From: a virus
Lineage: Duplodnaviria; Caudoviricetes
Virus record (IMG/VR): IMGVR_UViG_3300033463_000085
Coordinates: 12,903 to 76,902 of that record
Length of the DNA stretch: 64,000 bases
Reading direction: 5' to 3' (one strand)
Shown one piece after another: positions 55,501 to 64,000 of the stretch (within the stretch, counting starts at the first letter, position 1; every line of letters starts with the position of its first letter). A program made the position numbers and the translations under genes. The notes beneath the pieces were generated by a model, which worked only from the letters and a program-made list of their open reading frames with translations, made no database searches and was not told the DNA's origin.

Positions 55501-55738
55501 GGCGTCCGATTTCGGCAATGCCTGCACGAACGAAATAGGCCTCATCCCGTGTCCGTTCTGCGGCGGAACGATTGTGTCCGCCGAGACCGGGACTTGCGGG
55601 AGCGAAGATTGGGGCGAGGTGCGGTGCTGGGGTTGCGGCGCGACGATGCGCGAGAGATGCGATTTCCGCAACGGCGTAATGCCGAGCGACCTTCTCCAGC
55701 GGGCCGTCTACAAATGGAATAGGAGGGCCGTTTTATGA
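55487..55738 (+). CDS. Lar-like restriction alleviation zinc-ribbon protein
   Basis: LIPCPFCGG...VRCWGCGA...WNRR. Confidence 0.75.
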   Translation, partial: KANDEASDFGNACTNEIGLIPCPFCGGTIVSAETGTCGSEDWGEVRCWGCGATMRERCDFRNGVMPSDLLQRAVYKWNRRAVL

Positions 55739-56335
55739 GGCGCAGGAAGAAGCAGAAAAAGACGCACGACGACCTCGTGGCGCACTTCCAGAAGCGTTGC
55801 ATGGAGCGCTGGGGCTTCATACTGTCGCAACGCTTCCTCAAGGAGGAGATGGCGGCGCACCGCTTGCGCCTCCATTCGAAGCAATCCAACACGCGGACGC
55901 GGTTCATATACCCAGTGAAGGACGGTCGCGATATGGTCGTTGTCTACGACAAGGTGCGCCACGCATTCGTGACGGCGCTCTATCTCGACGAAATGACGGA
56001 GGATGACGGACAATGAGCGAAAGAGGATTGTTGCGGCGCGAACACGATCTGATGTCGCGCCCCGCCGTTGGCGGCGGCGAATACTACACCGTAAGATACA
56101 TTATCTTCCGCAAGGGCGGCGGGTATGTGTGCAGCATGGGCGGGCCAGACGGCCCAAGCGGAGTATGCTGCTCGCCGATAAACGCGGTAAGGTTCAACAC
56201 GGAAGATGAGGCCTGGGGCGCGATAGCCTCTTTTGAAGAATCGCTCGGGCCTGGGCACAAGGGCCAGCACACGGTGCATCTTTTATTTACACATTGCCTT
56301 GCAAAGGCGTTCGAAACAGAAACAAGGAGCAAGAA

Positions 56336-57205
56336 ATGAAGGACGGAAAATTCGAAGCGGGCGACATCTACGCCCTCCTGTTGAATAGGTTTGGCGATTC
56401 CCGCCAATGGCTGTGCGCGGGCGAGGTCGGCGACAAGACGGGGTTCCAGTCGCGTCGCCTCGACTTCGTGGCCGTGAACTGCTACGAATCGCAGGGCCTT
56501 GGAATCCACGCGTTCGAGATAAAGATTTCCAAGTCCGACCTCCGGCGCGAACTCACCGACCCGTCCAAGCACAACATATTCTTCGACGACATCGACACAT
56601 ATTCGATTGTCGCGCCCGACTATGTGCTGGATGCCGAATACTGCTCCATCATCCCGAAGAACTGGGGGATATACAGGGCGACCGCCGCAGGGCCTATCGG
56701 CGGCGAAAATACGCTAAAGGTCGTGCGCAAGCCGCTGAACCTGCACGATGAGAGGAACCGCACCCTGCGACGCTCCTTTGCGTTTGGCCTGATTCGCTCG
56801 CTGCAATCCGGCATGGCGGAGAGGAACGCACTCGGCTCGCGCCTGCACGAGGAATACAAACGCGGCTGGAGCGAAGGGGAGAAACACGCCAAGTATTGCG
56901 CACACGACTACGAAAAGAGGTATTGCGAGGAGATAGCGAGGAACAAAAACCTCCGGGAGGTGGCACACAAGCTTGGTCTGCGCGGAGACGGCGGCTCGAA
57001 CGACGGCTATCGAATCAGCGGACTAATCGCAGCTCGCCAACTCCTTGAAAACGCCAAGAGCATCGGTTGGTCGTCGGCCAACCTTAGGAGAAGCCTAGAA
57101 ACAATCGAAATTGAGATTGCGGAATGCCAGAAATGCCTCGATGATGCGAGCAAGCCGCCGGACGCTCCCGCGCCGGAAGCGGCTCCGCCGCCTAGCGGCT
57201 GCTGA
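56336..57205 (+). CDS. MmcB-like PD-(D/E)XK nuclease-fold protein
   Basis: RRLDFVAVN...HAFEIKISKSDLRRE...IVAP...PKNWG. Confidence 0.75.
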   Translation: MKDGKFEAGDIYALLLNRFGDSRQWLCAGEVGDKTGFQSRRLDFVAVNCYESQGLGIHAFEIKISKSDLRRELTDPSKHNIFFDDIDTYSIVAPDYVLDAEYCSIIPKNWGIYRATAAGPIGGENTLKVVRKPLNLHDERNRTLRRSFAFGLIRSLQSGMAERNALGSRLHEEYKRGWSEGEKHAKYCAHDYEKRYCEEIARNKNLREVAHKLGLRGDGGSNDGYRISGLIAARQLLENAKSIGWSSANLRRSLETIEIEIAECQKCLDDASKPPDAPAPEAAPPPSGC

Positions 57206-58511
57206 TGTCCCTTGCGAGGGCCTTGCGTTCCGCTTGCGCCCTCCCGAAATCGCGCTCGGACTTCTGCGCGACCTTTCTTGCGGCGGAGATGTATCTTTCC
57301 GCCGTCTTCATGTTCCCCGCGCCCCTTATGGCCTCGGCATACATCCCAAGGCGGCGCTCCGCGTCGCGCAACGCCTCCGCAATCTCGTCGTAGAGCGCAA
57401 CGGCCTCGTTTACGCGCCCTGCGGCCTCCGTGTCGCCGCCGAGCCGTCCGAGCGAGCGTCGGGCCGCCTCCTTGTAGACGCGCTCCACGGCGCGAATACG
57501 GCGCAATGCGACGGCCCTCATGTCCCCGATGTCAGATTCCGCCTTTTCGACGGCCTCTCCAATCGCTCCGGCGTCCGTTTTCGCCACATCGCGCCTGACG
57601 CGCGTAGAGGGGCCTTCCTCGCGTTCGCGCTCGGCCCGCATCTTCTCCCGTATTTCCTTCAAACGCTCAACAGCGGCGCTCCTGTCTGGCGATTCGGGCG
57701 CGTCCTGCGGAACGGATGATTCGCCGCCGTCGCCGCCGCCATCAATAGGCGGAAGAAGGGACAGTCCGGCGGCCGTCTTCGCGTCAAGCTCGTCGAGGCC
57801 AGTATCCATCCCTTCGGACTGGCATATCCGCACCCATTCGCGCCGCGATACATTCGTCCATGCCATGCCGGAGCCGAATGCGAAAGGCGGGAACGGAGAG
57901 CCGAGCGTGTCGCCGAATCCGCCGACGCCCCTGCCGAGCGCGTCCCATATCGGGCTGTCCTTCAAGGCGACTAACGAGCGCTTCGCCGCTCCCTGCCAGC
58001 CCACGGACGCGCCAGCCGCCTCCCAGCGACGCTTCCAGTCGCCGCGAGGCTTCTTCCGTGCGCCAGTCCGCTCAAGCCGCCAAGCCGGGTTCGTGCGGAG
58101 GAACACGGGACTTTCGCCAGCCGCCATCTGGCCCATAGAGCGGGCCTTCTTGATATTCGTTTCGAGGATTAGCTGGATGCGGTGCGACGCGGAAAGGTCG
58201 CTCATGGTTTTCGGGACGGCCGGAGGAACCCTGCCGTTGTCGTCGGGGAATCCGGCCTGCGGCGTGTAGCCGAGCGCATCGAGGCATTGCTGGAGGCTCC
58301 GTTCGGCCAACTGCGGGTTCGTCTCGCGCGAGGCCACGGCGAGGAGTTTCCTCTTGAGCATTTCGACATACGCCTTGCTTGTCGTTCGCGCCGAATAAAG
58401 GGCCTCCGCCCTTATCCTCTCGTTCCATGCGTCGCGCAATTCGCCGGACGAGAGGCGTGTCGTCCTCCCCCTCTGTCCGCGAATGATGTCCTGTTCAGCG
58501 GATGTCGGCAC
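57192..58511 (-). CDS. Mu gpF-like minor head protein
   Basis: LILETN..ARSMGQM, PAWRL, PPFAFGSGM; long low-complexity helical C-terminus. Confidence 0.7.
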   Translation of the reverse strand: MPTSAEQDIIRGQRGRTTRLSSGELRDAWNERIRAEALYSARTTSKAYVEMLKRKLLAVASRETNPQLAERSLQQCLDALGYTPQAGFPDDNGRVPPAVPKTMSDLSASHRIQLILETNIKKARSMGQMAAGESPVFLRTNPAWRLERTGARKKPRGDWKRRWEAAGASVGWQGAAKRSLVALKDSPIWDALGRGVGGFGDTLGSPFPPFAFGSGMAWTNVSRREWVRICQSEGMDTGLDELDAKTAAGLSLLPPIDGGGDGGESSVPQDAPESPDRSAAVERLKEIREKMRAEREREEGPSTRVRRDVAKTDAGAIGEAVEKAESDIGDMRAVALRRIRAVERVYKEAARRSLGRLGGDTEAAGRVNEAVALYDEIAEALRDAERRLGMYAEAIRGAGNMKTAERYISAARKVAQKSERDFGRAQAERKALARDISSR

Positions 58512-58547
58512 CTTCGTGTTCTCCTTGATTACCTCGTCGCCAATCCC

Positions 58548-58991
58548 CTACAGGAATGTGTCGAGAATCCTCCGTCGCCCCGTCGAGAACGAGGGGACGG
58601 CCCTGTTGGACGATGCGTCGTCCGTGGATTCCTTCGACCACGATTCGGGGATGAATTCGCCAGACGCGACCTTTGCGAAAACATCGTGCGCCTTTTCCCA
58701 TGCGTCGGTTCTCGCCTCGTTCGGCTTTACGTTTATGCGCTTTAGGACGTCGAACGCGGCGAAGTCCATCGCGAAGGTCATGAGCCCCTCGGGTATCGTC
58801 CCCGGCCTCGGGCAGAGCGCTATCTGCCTGTTGGCGCGGCAGAAGCCGCGAACGCTCTCCGCCGTCTGCTCCAGAAGGTCGAGAACTGGGTCTGCCCCCG
58901 TCTGGAAGTCGGGGTGCTGCCGGAACATGTCCAGCTCCTTCTGGTTCAGCTTGGCCGCGATGTCGCGCAGCTCCGGTTTTCTCCAAGACAT
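58548..58991 (-). CDS. Mu gp36 (DUF1320)-like head-tail adaptor
   Basis: AESVRGF...IPEGL...R..AWEKAH..FAKVASG. Confidence 0.7.
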   Translation of the reverse strand: MSWRKPELRDIAAKLNQKELDMFRQHPDFQTGADPVLDLLEQTAESVRGFCRANRQIALCPRPGTIPEGLMTFAMDFAAFDVLKRINVKPNEARTDAWEKAHDVFAKVASGEFIPESWSKESTDDASSNRAVPSFSTGRRRILDTFL

Positions 58992-59123
58992 TTCGGAATG
59001 CCCTCCTTGTGCAATGCTATTTCGTCAAGCCGCCCACTTTCGGACTCTCCGCGCAGGGCGGCCTCCGGGGCGGATTCCGCCCCTTTCGCGTCAAAGGGGA
59101 AAAACAATAAACCCGGTCCGACA

Positions 59124-59567
59124 TCATGATGTTCCGGCTGGGGCCGGGTCTTGCGACTTGCTTTCGAGGACCAATGGGACTATCATCGCGCCCTGCGGCA
59201 ACGCTGGCTCCGGCCTCCCGCCGTCGTTCCTGTCGGCTGGGCTTTCCCCGTCCCCAGCGCCCGACGCCCCATCTTCGCACGGCTCGATTATTGCGGTCAG
59301 CTTCGTGTGGCGCTGGGTCTTGACGACGGCGAAATAACTGTTCGTCTCGCAGACCTCGTTCGTGACCGTGATTCTCGTCTGGTTGTTCCCCTTGACGATT
59401 GCGCCGCCCGTGAAGGCGAGGAAGTTGATGCTCCATTCTGTTCCAGGAACGGTCATGCCGACCTCAAGATTCGTGCCGTCCACAACCTTGCCGCCCGAGT
59501 ATGAGGCGCAGCCCGTGAACATCGAGCATAGCGCGGCGATAACAACCAACATTGCGAGTTTCTTCAT
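59124..59567 (-). CDS. Lipoprotein
   Basis: MKKLAMLVVIAALCSMFTGC lipobox. Confidence 0.7.
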   Translation of the reverse strand: MKKLAMLVVIAALCSMFTGCASYSGGKVVDGTNLEVGMTVPGTEWSINFLAFTGGAIVKGNNQTRITVTNEVCETNSYFAVVKTQRHTKLTAIIEPCEDGASGAGDGESPADRNDGGRPEPALPQGAMIVPLVLESKSQDPAPAGTS

Positions 59568-59959
59568 TTCCGTCGTTCCTTCCTGTAGTGGGCGAGCGGC
59601 CAGTCTATCGGCAATAGAGCCGTGTCTATCGCCGCCTCGCAAGCCGTGTCGCAAATACCTATGCAGCCGATTGGGATTGTGAACACATTTTCCCACATGA
59701 AGCCGCTGTTGCCGGGACTGTCCACCATCATCTGCGGAAAGGCGCAGATGAGCGACAGGGCGGCGGCCTCGCGCGAGCATTGGTATACGCCCTCTATCCG
59801 CGCTTCCGTCGTGGGAAAGCGCGTGTAGCAGTTCACGCACCCGCCGCAGAACATCACAACGCTCGCCACTATGTAGCCCGCCACGAGGACTGAGCTTGCG
59901 ATTGTGGTCGCGATGTAGTATTTCAGCGCGGCGAGCGCGGTTATTGCCTTGCTGAACAT
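59564..59959 (-). CDS. YceK/YidQ-like lipoprotein or membrane protein
   Basis: Hydrophobic N-terminus, FCGGC, AIDTALLPIDWP. Confidence 0.6.
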   Translation of the reverse strand: MFSKAITALAALKYYIATTIASSVLVAGYIVASVVMFCGGCVNCYTRFPTTEARIEGVYQCSREAAALSLICAFPQMMVDSPGNSGFMWENVFTIPIGCIGICDTACEAAIDTALLPIDWPLAHYRKERRK

Positions 59960-60300
59960 CACTTGAGGCCCAGATTGAACCACTTGTTGAGGTAGTGCTT
60001 GATGCCCTTGAAGCCAAGGCCGAGAATCGAGAAGCCGTTGTAGGCGATTCCGACGCTCATTCCGTTGACGCTCGGAACATTGGCCTCGATGATCTTGTCG
60101 AACTCGGCGCAGATGCCGTCCACCTCGGACTGGTCTATCTTGCCGTCGTTCGCAAGGCCCTCCGTCCATTGCTTGCCATAGGCGATTATGGCGTTGCCGA
60201 TTTCGACGGCCGTCTTGTTGCCGCCCTCCAACGCGCACTTCGCCGCCGCCTTTTCGACGGCTGCGCGATGAACCTGCTTGATGATTTCGTTGCTCGTCAT
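59959..60300 (-). CDS. Hypothetical protein
   Basis: RBS AAGGAG; amphipathic C-terminus. Confidence 0.55.
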   Translation of the reverse strand: MTSNEIIKQVHRAAVEKAAAKCALEGGNKTAVEIGNAIIAYGKQWTEGLANDGKIDQSEVDGICAEFDKIIEANVPSVNGMSVGIAYNGFSILGLGFKGIKHYLNKWFNLGLK

Positions 60301-60352
60301 TTTGTATTTCTCCTTGTTTTTCGGTTTTTGTTCCTGTTCCGTCCCCGCCTCG

Positions 60353-61021
60353 TCAGCGGAAAATCTCCATAAGGGCCTCCTCATCAGCGCTCCGGCGGCA
60401 CGTGCGCCTGTATTTCGCGCTCCACGAGCCCCATACGGCGGCTATGTCCGTCACCTCTCCCGCAGAGCCGCCCTCGCCCATAATCCTCGTAGGCGACTTG
60501 TGGCCGTAGGCGCGGCATCCGCAGCCTATCTGGCCGGATGCGTAGCCCCGCATCGAATTGTGCGTCCCCTTGCCGGAAAGCGTAAGGATGAGCGTGTTGT
60601 CCGGCTCGTCCTCGCCGATGTTGTACGACGGGTCTGCGTCTATGGCGAACGAAACGGAGGCTGTCTTGAACTTGTCCTTGGCATTGCTCCCGATGAGGTG
60701 CCACAGCACATTGTCGGCGTATGTTTCGTACGAAACCCTCTCACCTCCAATCTTGTAGGTGCGGTTTTCGAGGCCGCGAATCTCAAGCGACGGCTCGCCG
60801 CCGTCCTCCGGGTGGATGACAATGAGCGTTCCCTTAATAGTCTGTGTCTGGTATTTCCGGCTGCCGAGGGATTCGGCATTGTCGTAGATGCGCGGGATGT
60901 GGAGGCGCATCGTGAGCGCGTATTCCTCCACGGTCGAGCCCCACGAGCGGACTGGCGACGCAAATGCGAGCGCCGCGACGATTGCGGCGACGAACGGCTT
61001 GAACATGTGCGGTTTCTTCAT
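60353..61021 (-). CDS. Secreted protein of unknown function
   Basis: Signal-like FVAAIVAALAFASPVRS; beta-rich body. Confidence 0.6.
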   Translation of the reverse strand: MKKPHMFKPFVAAIVAALAFASPVRSWGSTVEEYALTMRLHIPRIYDNAESLGSRKYQTQTIKGTLIVIHPEDGGEPSLEIRGLENRTYKIGGERVSYETYADNVLWHLIGSNAKDKFKTASVSFAIDADPSYNIGEDEPDNTLILTLSGKGTHNSMRGYASGQIGCGCRAYGHKSPTRIMGEGGSAGEVTDIAAVWGSWSAKYRRTCRRSADEEALMEIFR

Positions 61022-61066
61022 GCGAGACTTCCTCCACATATTGCCCGTCGCGTCAATATGCGGGGG

Positions 61067-61465
61067 CTATTGCGCCGCGCCGCTGCGTATGATTTGGTAG
61101 ACGGCCGCTCCGATGCCGCCCGCCCCAGCGGCCTTGAGAAGCCAGTCCAAGGCTTTCAGCGCAAGCACAGCCCCCTTGGCCCGCTCCTTCTTGGCGCGAT
61201 AGTCCTTGTCAGTCTCTTTTATGGAGGGCAAGTCCTTCTTGATTTCGTCCACATCGCGCTTGATGCCCTGTATCGCCTCCGACTGTATTGCGTCGCTGCT
61301 TTTCAGCTCCTTTATCCTGTCGGCCATCTTGCGCTGGCAGTCTAGCTGCATGTCGTCCTTCATGTCGTAGACGACATCCAGCGCGGCTTCGCGGGCGACT
61401 GGGTCTTTAATCTTCTTGGCCTCGTCGCGCCGCTTCTGCCATTTCTCAAGCTGGTCTTGTGTCAT
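61067..61465 (-). CDS. Coiled-coil protein with C-terminal membrane anchor (holin-like position)
   Basis: Start MTQDQLEKW with GGAGG RBS; WLLKAAGAGGIGAAVYQII. Confidence 0.5.
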   Translation of the reverse strand: MTQDQLEKWQKRRDEAKKIKDPVAREAALDVVYDMKDDMQLDCQRKMADRIKELKSSDAIQSEAIQGIKRDVDEIKKDLPSIKETDKDYRAKKERAKGAVLALKALDWLLKAAGAGGIGAAVYQIIRSGAAQ

Positions 61466-61479
61466 GTGGCACGCCCTCC

Positions 61480-61869
61480 TTACTGCGCGACAGAGGCGGC
61501 AAGTATGGCTTCCGCCGTCGCGTCGTCCACGCCTAGTGCGAGCTTTGCCGCCTCGTAGTAATGCGAAAATCCCTCGAAGTCGTCTGATATCACCTGCGCA
61601 TCGTTCCACGCGTCCAGCGCGGAATACCCAGGCGCGACCTCGAATGACGCAAGCCATGCTTCCAGCTCTGCGAGCTTGCCGATCTGGGCGATGGCAATCT
61701 TTAGCCTTATCTTGGAGAACTCTCTGGGTATGCGCCGCGTGTCCTCTTCTCGCTTGCGCCACATCTCCTCTGCCCTGTCTGCGCTCATGGCCTCCGCAGG
61801 CGTCGTGGCGAACATGCCGCCAATCATTGTCGCCGCCATGACGACGGCCGCAACCATCCTACTATTCAT
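61480..61869 (-). CDS. Hypothetical protein
   Basis: Overlaps the RT stop; RBS AAGGAG. Confidence 0.55.
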   Translation of the reverse strand: MNSRMVAAVVMAATMIGGMFATTPAEAMSADRAEEMWRKREEDTRRIPREFSKIRLKIAIAQIGKLAELEAWLASFEVAPGYSALDAWNDAQVISDDFEGFSHYYEAAKLALGVDDATAEAILAASVAQ

Positions 61870-63151
61870 TTTTGGTTTCTCCTTTCACTTGTTTGTAGAA
61901 ATCGTCAACCTTCTGTAGCAGTTTCGCGCTGTTCCCTTTCTCCATACAGGCCCTGACGCAACGGTAGCTTTCGTCCAATGCGTCGCCTGGCGCTTCCCCG
62001 CGCCTAATCTTGTGCGCGAGCCGCCGTAGCCTGCGCTTTACCTCCTTGACCCTCTTCGGGTCGCGGAACATGAGAACCTTGCCAGTTTCTGTGACGCGGA
62101 AGTGGAAGCCCAACAGCACAGCGCCGTCCTTTGCGTCAACTATCCGCGTTTTTGCCGGATGCAGCCGAAGTCCAATCTTGGACGATTCGCGCCCAATCTC
62201 CGCGAGCAGCGCAAGCGCCTCATCGTCGTTGCGTGCTGGCATTTGAAAATCGTCCATGTAGTGCATGTATATCGCCACGCGGACAACTTCTTTCATGTGG
62301 TGGTCTAGTTTGTCTGGGTATGATATGCCAGCAATCTGAACCATCTGCGAGCCTGGGTTGTAGCCCGTGTCACCCTTGTATTGCTTGTCTAGCGTCCGCG
62401 CCGTGAACGCCGCAGTCCACGGGTCGAGTTTGTCCGCGAACATTGCGTTGGTTAGGTCGTGCCGCATCGAGCCGTAGTAGTCTTTGAAATCAACCACGAC
62501 AATCTTAAATTTGTTTGTGCGCCCGTATCGTATGTACGCCCTGCGGAGCGCGGCCTTCCAGTAGTTCCGCGCAGCATCCGTGCCTTTCCCCTTTTGACAG
62601 GCGAAGTTGGCGTATATCAGGCTCCGCGTCATGGCTGGGTAGTTGCGGTTGTCGTTTACGCTCCTCTGCACAGTCCTGTCACGCAGCGTTATCGCCAACG
62701 CCTCGCGCTTCTTTGGATATGTGAGGTGCACGGGATGCGTGCGGCCCTCCTTATACCGACCGCTAGCGAGGTCGTTGGCGAGCCGCACGATGTTTTCAAT
62801 TATGTGGAGCTTGAAGTTCTGTGTAGACCACTTCCATCCAACTCCCTTGAAGCATCTGCGGGCCGCCCAATATAGCGCATCGAATCCTATCTCGTCATCA
62901 AGCTCCGGCGAAAGTAAAAAGGCGGCGGAATAGGCGGTTGGGATGCCGTCGCATCCGTCCGCCGTCGCCGCCCGATTGTTCTCCGCCGTTTCCGGCGGAA
63001 TGGCACTCGGCTCCCTGTGTTTGTGAATCGCACTTGACCTAAACATACGATAGGCACTTGACGGCGAAGTATACGCAGTCGGGAACGCCCGCATACGCGT
63101 TGTACGCGTTGTTGTTGTTGAGGTTGCCCGTGGTGTTGACATTCCACGCAT
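61862..63151 (-). CDS. DGR reverse transcriptase (start uncertain: 63151 or 63046)
   Basis: IGFDALY, RDRTVQ, NFACQKGKGT, DFKDYY, GSQMVQ, YMDDF, LGFHF; adjacent to avd and TR. Confidence 0.95.
   Translation of the reverse strand: MRGMSTPRATSTTTTRTTRMRAFPTAYTSPSSAYRMFRSSAIHKHREPSAIPPETAENNRAATADGCDGIPTAYSAAFLLSPELDDEIGFDALYWAARRCFKGVGWKWSTQNFKLHIIENIVRLANDLASGRYKEGRTHPVHLTYPKKREALAITLRDRTVQRSVNDNRNYPAMTRSLIYANFACQKGKGTDAARNYWKAALRRAYIRYGRTNKFKIVVVDFKDYYGSMRHDLTNAMFADKLDPWTAAFTARTLDKQYKGDTGYNPGSQMVQIAGISYPDKLDHHMKEVVRVAIYMHYMDDFQMPARNDDEALALLAEIGRESSKIGLRLHPAKTRIVDAKDGAVLLGFHFRVTETGKVLMFRDPKRVKEVKRRLRRLAHKIRRGEAPGDALDESYRCVRACMEKGNSAKLLQKVDDFYKQVKGETKNE
62921..63020 (-). ncRNA. Structured DGR spacer (3' flank of the template RNA)
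   Basis: CCGCCG-GAAA-CGGCGG hairpin (62982-62997), then a long nested hairpin (62921-62972) followed by TTTTT on the minus strand. Confidence 0.6.
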
Positions 63152-63202
63152 TATTCGAGTTGCCCCGATTGGCCGACCGCAAGCGGCAATTGACCGCCGA
63201 GC
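63081..63202 (-). repeat. DGR template repeat (TR)
   Basis: 122-bp ungapped match to 63799-63920; rich in AAC/AAT codons; all 13 mismatches are at TR adenines. Confidence 0.97.
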
Positions 63203-63714
63203 GAACGATTTAGCCTACAGCCATCTCCGCCCTCACCTTGCGGCTTGGGCGAAATCTTTTGTTTTGCGGGCGCGGCGGCGATGGACGAAAACCTCTTACG
63301 GTCGCTCTCGTGCCATGCCCGCAGACGGTCTTTCAGTTCGACCGTCTTGGCGTTCCAGAACCATACCTTTTTTGGCTTTTTGGCAAGGCGCGTAAACTGG
63401 CGTTTCGCCATGTCCTCAAGCATTAGAAGCCAATCGACCTGCGCAAGCGCGAATTCTTGCTGTGCAAGGCGCTCTCCGGCCAGCTCCGGGCATTTGCGCA
63501 CATCAATCGAATTTGCCTCCGCAATCCGGCGCAGTATTTCAAGCGTAGTCTCGAAGATGTGAATCATCGTCATGTCGCGGAAGTCCTGCGTCGGCTGGAA
63601 CACATTTTGATTTGACATTATTAGGCAGGTGTGCGCGTGAAGGTTCATCGCGTCAATCACGACCTGAAGCTGCGTAGGCTTGTGGTCTGCCGCATGATAT
63701 TCGGCCCTGCCCAT
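63151..63714 (-). CDS. avd: DGR accessory variability determinant (Avd-like four-helix protein)
   Basis: Between target and TR; LQVVIDAMNL...ILRRIAEANSI...LRAWHESDRKRF. Start placed at MGRAEY. Confidence 0.85.
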   Translation of the reverse strand: MGRAEYHAADHKPTQLQVVIDAMNLHAHTCLIMSNQNVFQPTQDFRDMTMIHIFETTLEILRRIAEANSIDVRKCPELAGERLAQQEFALAQVDWLLMLEDMAKRQFTRLAKKPKKVWFWNAKTVELKDRLRAWHESDRKRFSSIAAAPAKQKISPKPQGEGGDGCRLNRSLGGQLPLAVGQSGQLE

Positions 63715-63744
63715 GCGTTCGTATTCCTTTTTTATGTTTTGCGC

Positions 63745-63770
63745 CCGCCGCTCCGTAAACTTCGCGGCGG
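63745..63770 (-). promoter_or_regulatory. Hairpin downstream of VR (candidate DGR target-recognition element)
   Basis: CCGCCGC / GCGGCGG 7-bp stem with a 12-nt loop, 10 nt after the target stop. Confidence 0.55.
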
Positions 63771-63780
63771 ATTGCAAGAT

Positions 63781-64000
63781 TTACCAGATTACACAGGCGG
63801 GAACGCCCGCATACGCGTAGTACGCGTAGTAGCTGTAGAGGTAGCCCGTGGTGTAGACAAACCACGCAACATTCGAGTAGCCCCGATTGGCCGACCGCAA
63901 GCGGCAATAGACCGCCGAGCCGTGATTGTTGACCGCGAACTGTCGACGAGCACGCGCAATCCTGCACTTTGTGGCAAGATAGATGTAGTACGCCTCCGTG
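63781..64000 (-). CDS. DGR target protein, C-terminal C-type-lectin-like end (probable receptor-binding protein; partial)
   Basis: Reads ...SAVYCRLRSANRGYSNVAWFVYTTGYLYSYYAYYAYAGVPACVIW*; RLRSA and WxV..G pattern typical of CLec VRs. Confidence 0.9.
   Translation of the reverse strand, partial: TEAYYIYLATKCRIARARRQFAVNNHGSAVYCRLRSANRGYSNVAWFVYTTGYLYSYYAYYAYAGVPACVIW
63799..63920 (-). repeat. DGR variable repeat (VR)
   Basis: Differs from TR at 13 positions (11 A>T, 2 A>G on the coding strand). Confidence 0.97.

Noticed and set aside
61862-63151. Group II intron or retron reverse transcriptase
   Set aside because: No maturase/endonuclease extension or msr-msd; avd and an adenine-specific TR/VR pair identify a DGR.
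135-63977. Hundreds of overlapping or antisense ORFs in the track (for example 403-1137, 14613-15683, 28331-29737, 40290-41255)
   Set aside because: Shadow frames of real genes in GC-rich DNA; no RBS or motifs, and Arg/Pro/Ala-rich composition.
1-64000. Transposable (Mu-type) phage
   Set aside because: No DDE transposase, MuB or Mor/C gene seen; a tyrosine integrase with attP is present.

Overview
The whole window is the genome of a GC-rich temperate tailed phage, not host chromosome. An attP-like site (3' half of a tRNA-Gln(CTG) flanked by arm repeats, next to a tyrosine integrase) has phage genes on both sides, so this is most likely the excised or circular form. Most genes are on the minus strand. 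These are: Mu-like head genes (DUF935 portal fused to a nuclease-like domain, I-type prohead protease/scaffold, capsid, gp36-like, gpF-like, gpG-like); a siphovirus-like tail; a PBSX-type terminase; three sugar transferases directly behind the capsid gene; metK and DNA methyltransferases; and a lambda-like replication/recombination block. A 17-kb plus-strand accessory operon (39972-57205) carries its own dnaN. At the right end is a complete diversity-generating retroelement (target VR, avd, TR, RT; 13 of 13 TR/VR mismatches at template adenines). The most unusual observations are: (i) a 580-aa head-module ORF built of small modules separated by x-N-A motifs, with a leader peptide shared by three reading-frame starts (candidate protease-processed internal-head polyprotein); (ii) a portal carrying a zinc knuckle and a PBECR3-like nuclease behind the same motif, faced by an antisense promoter; (iii) a poly-Ser capsid tail upstream of glycosyltransferases; (iv) a methyltransferase frameshifted at a G10 tract; (v) a repeated promoter/operator network with a candidate structured small RNA and no CI-type repressor. 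All family assignments are from motif recognition by eye, not database searches. Many starts were moved downstream of the ORF-track starts using RBS and coupling evidence. The host cannot be determined from the window.
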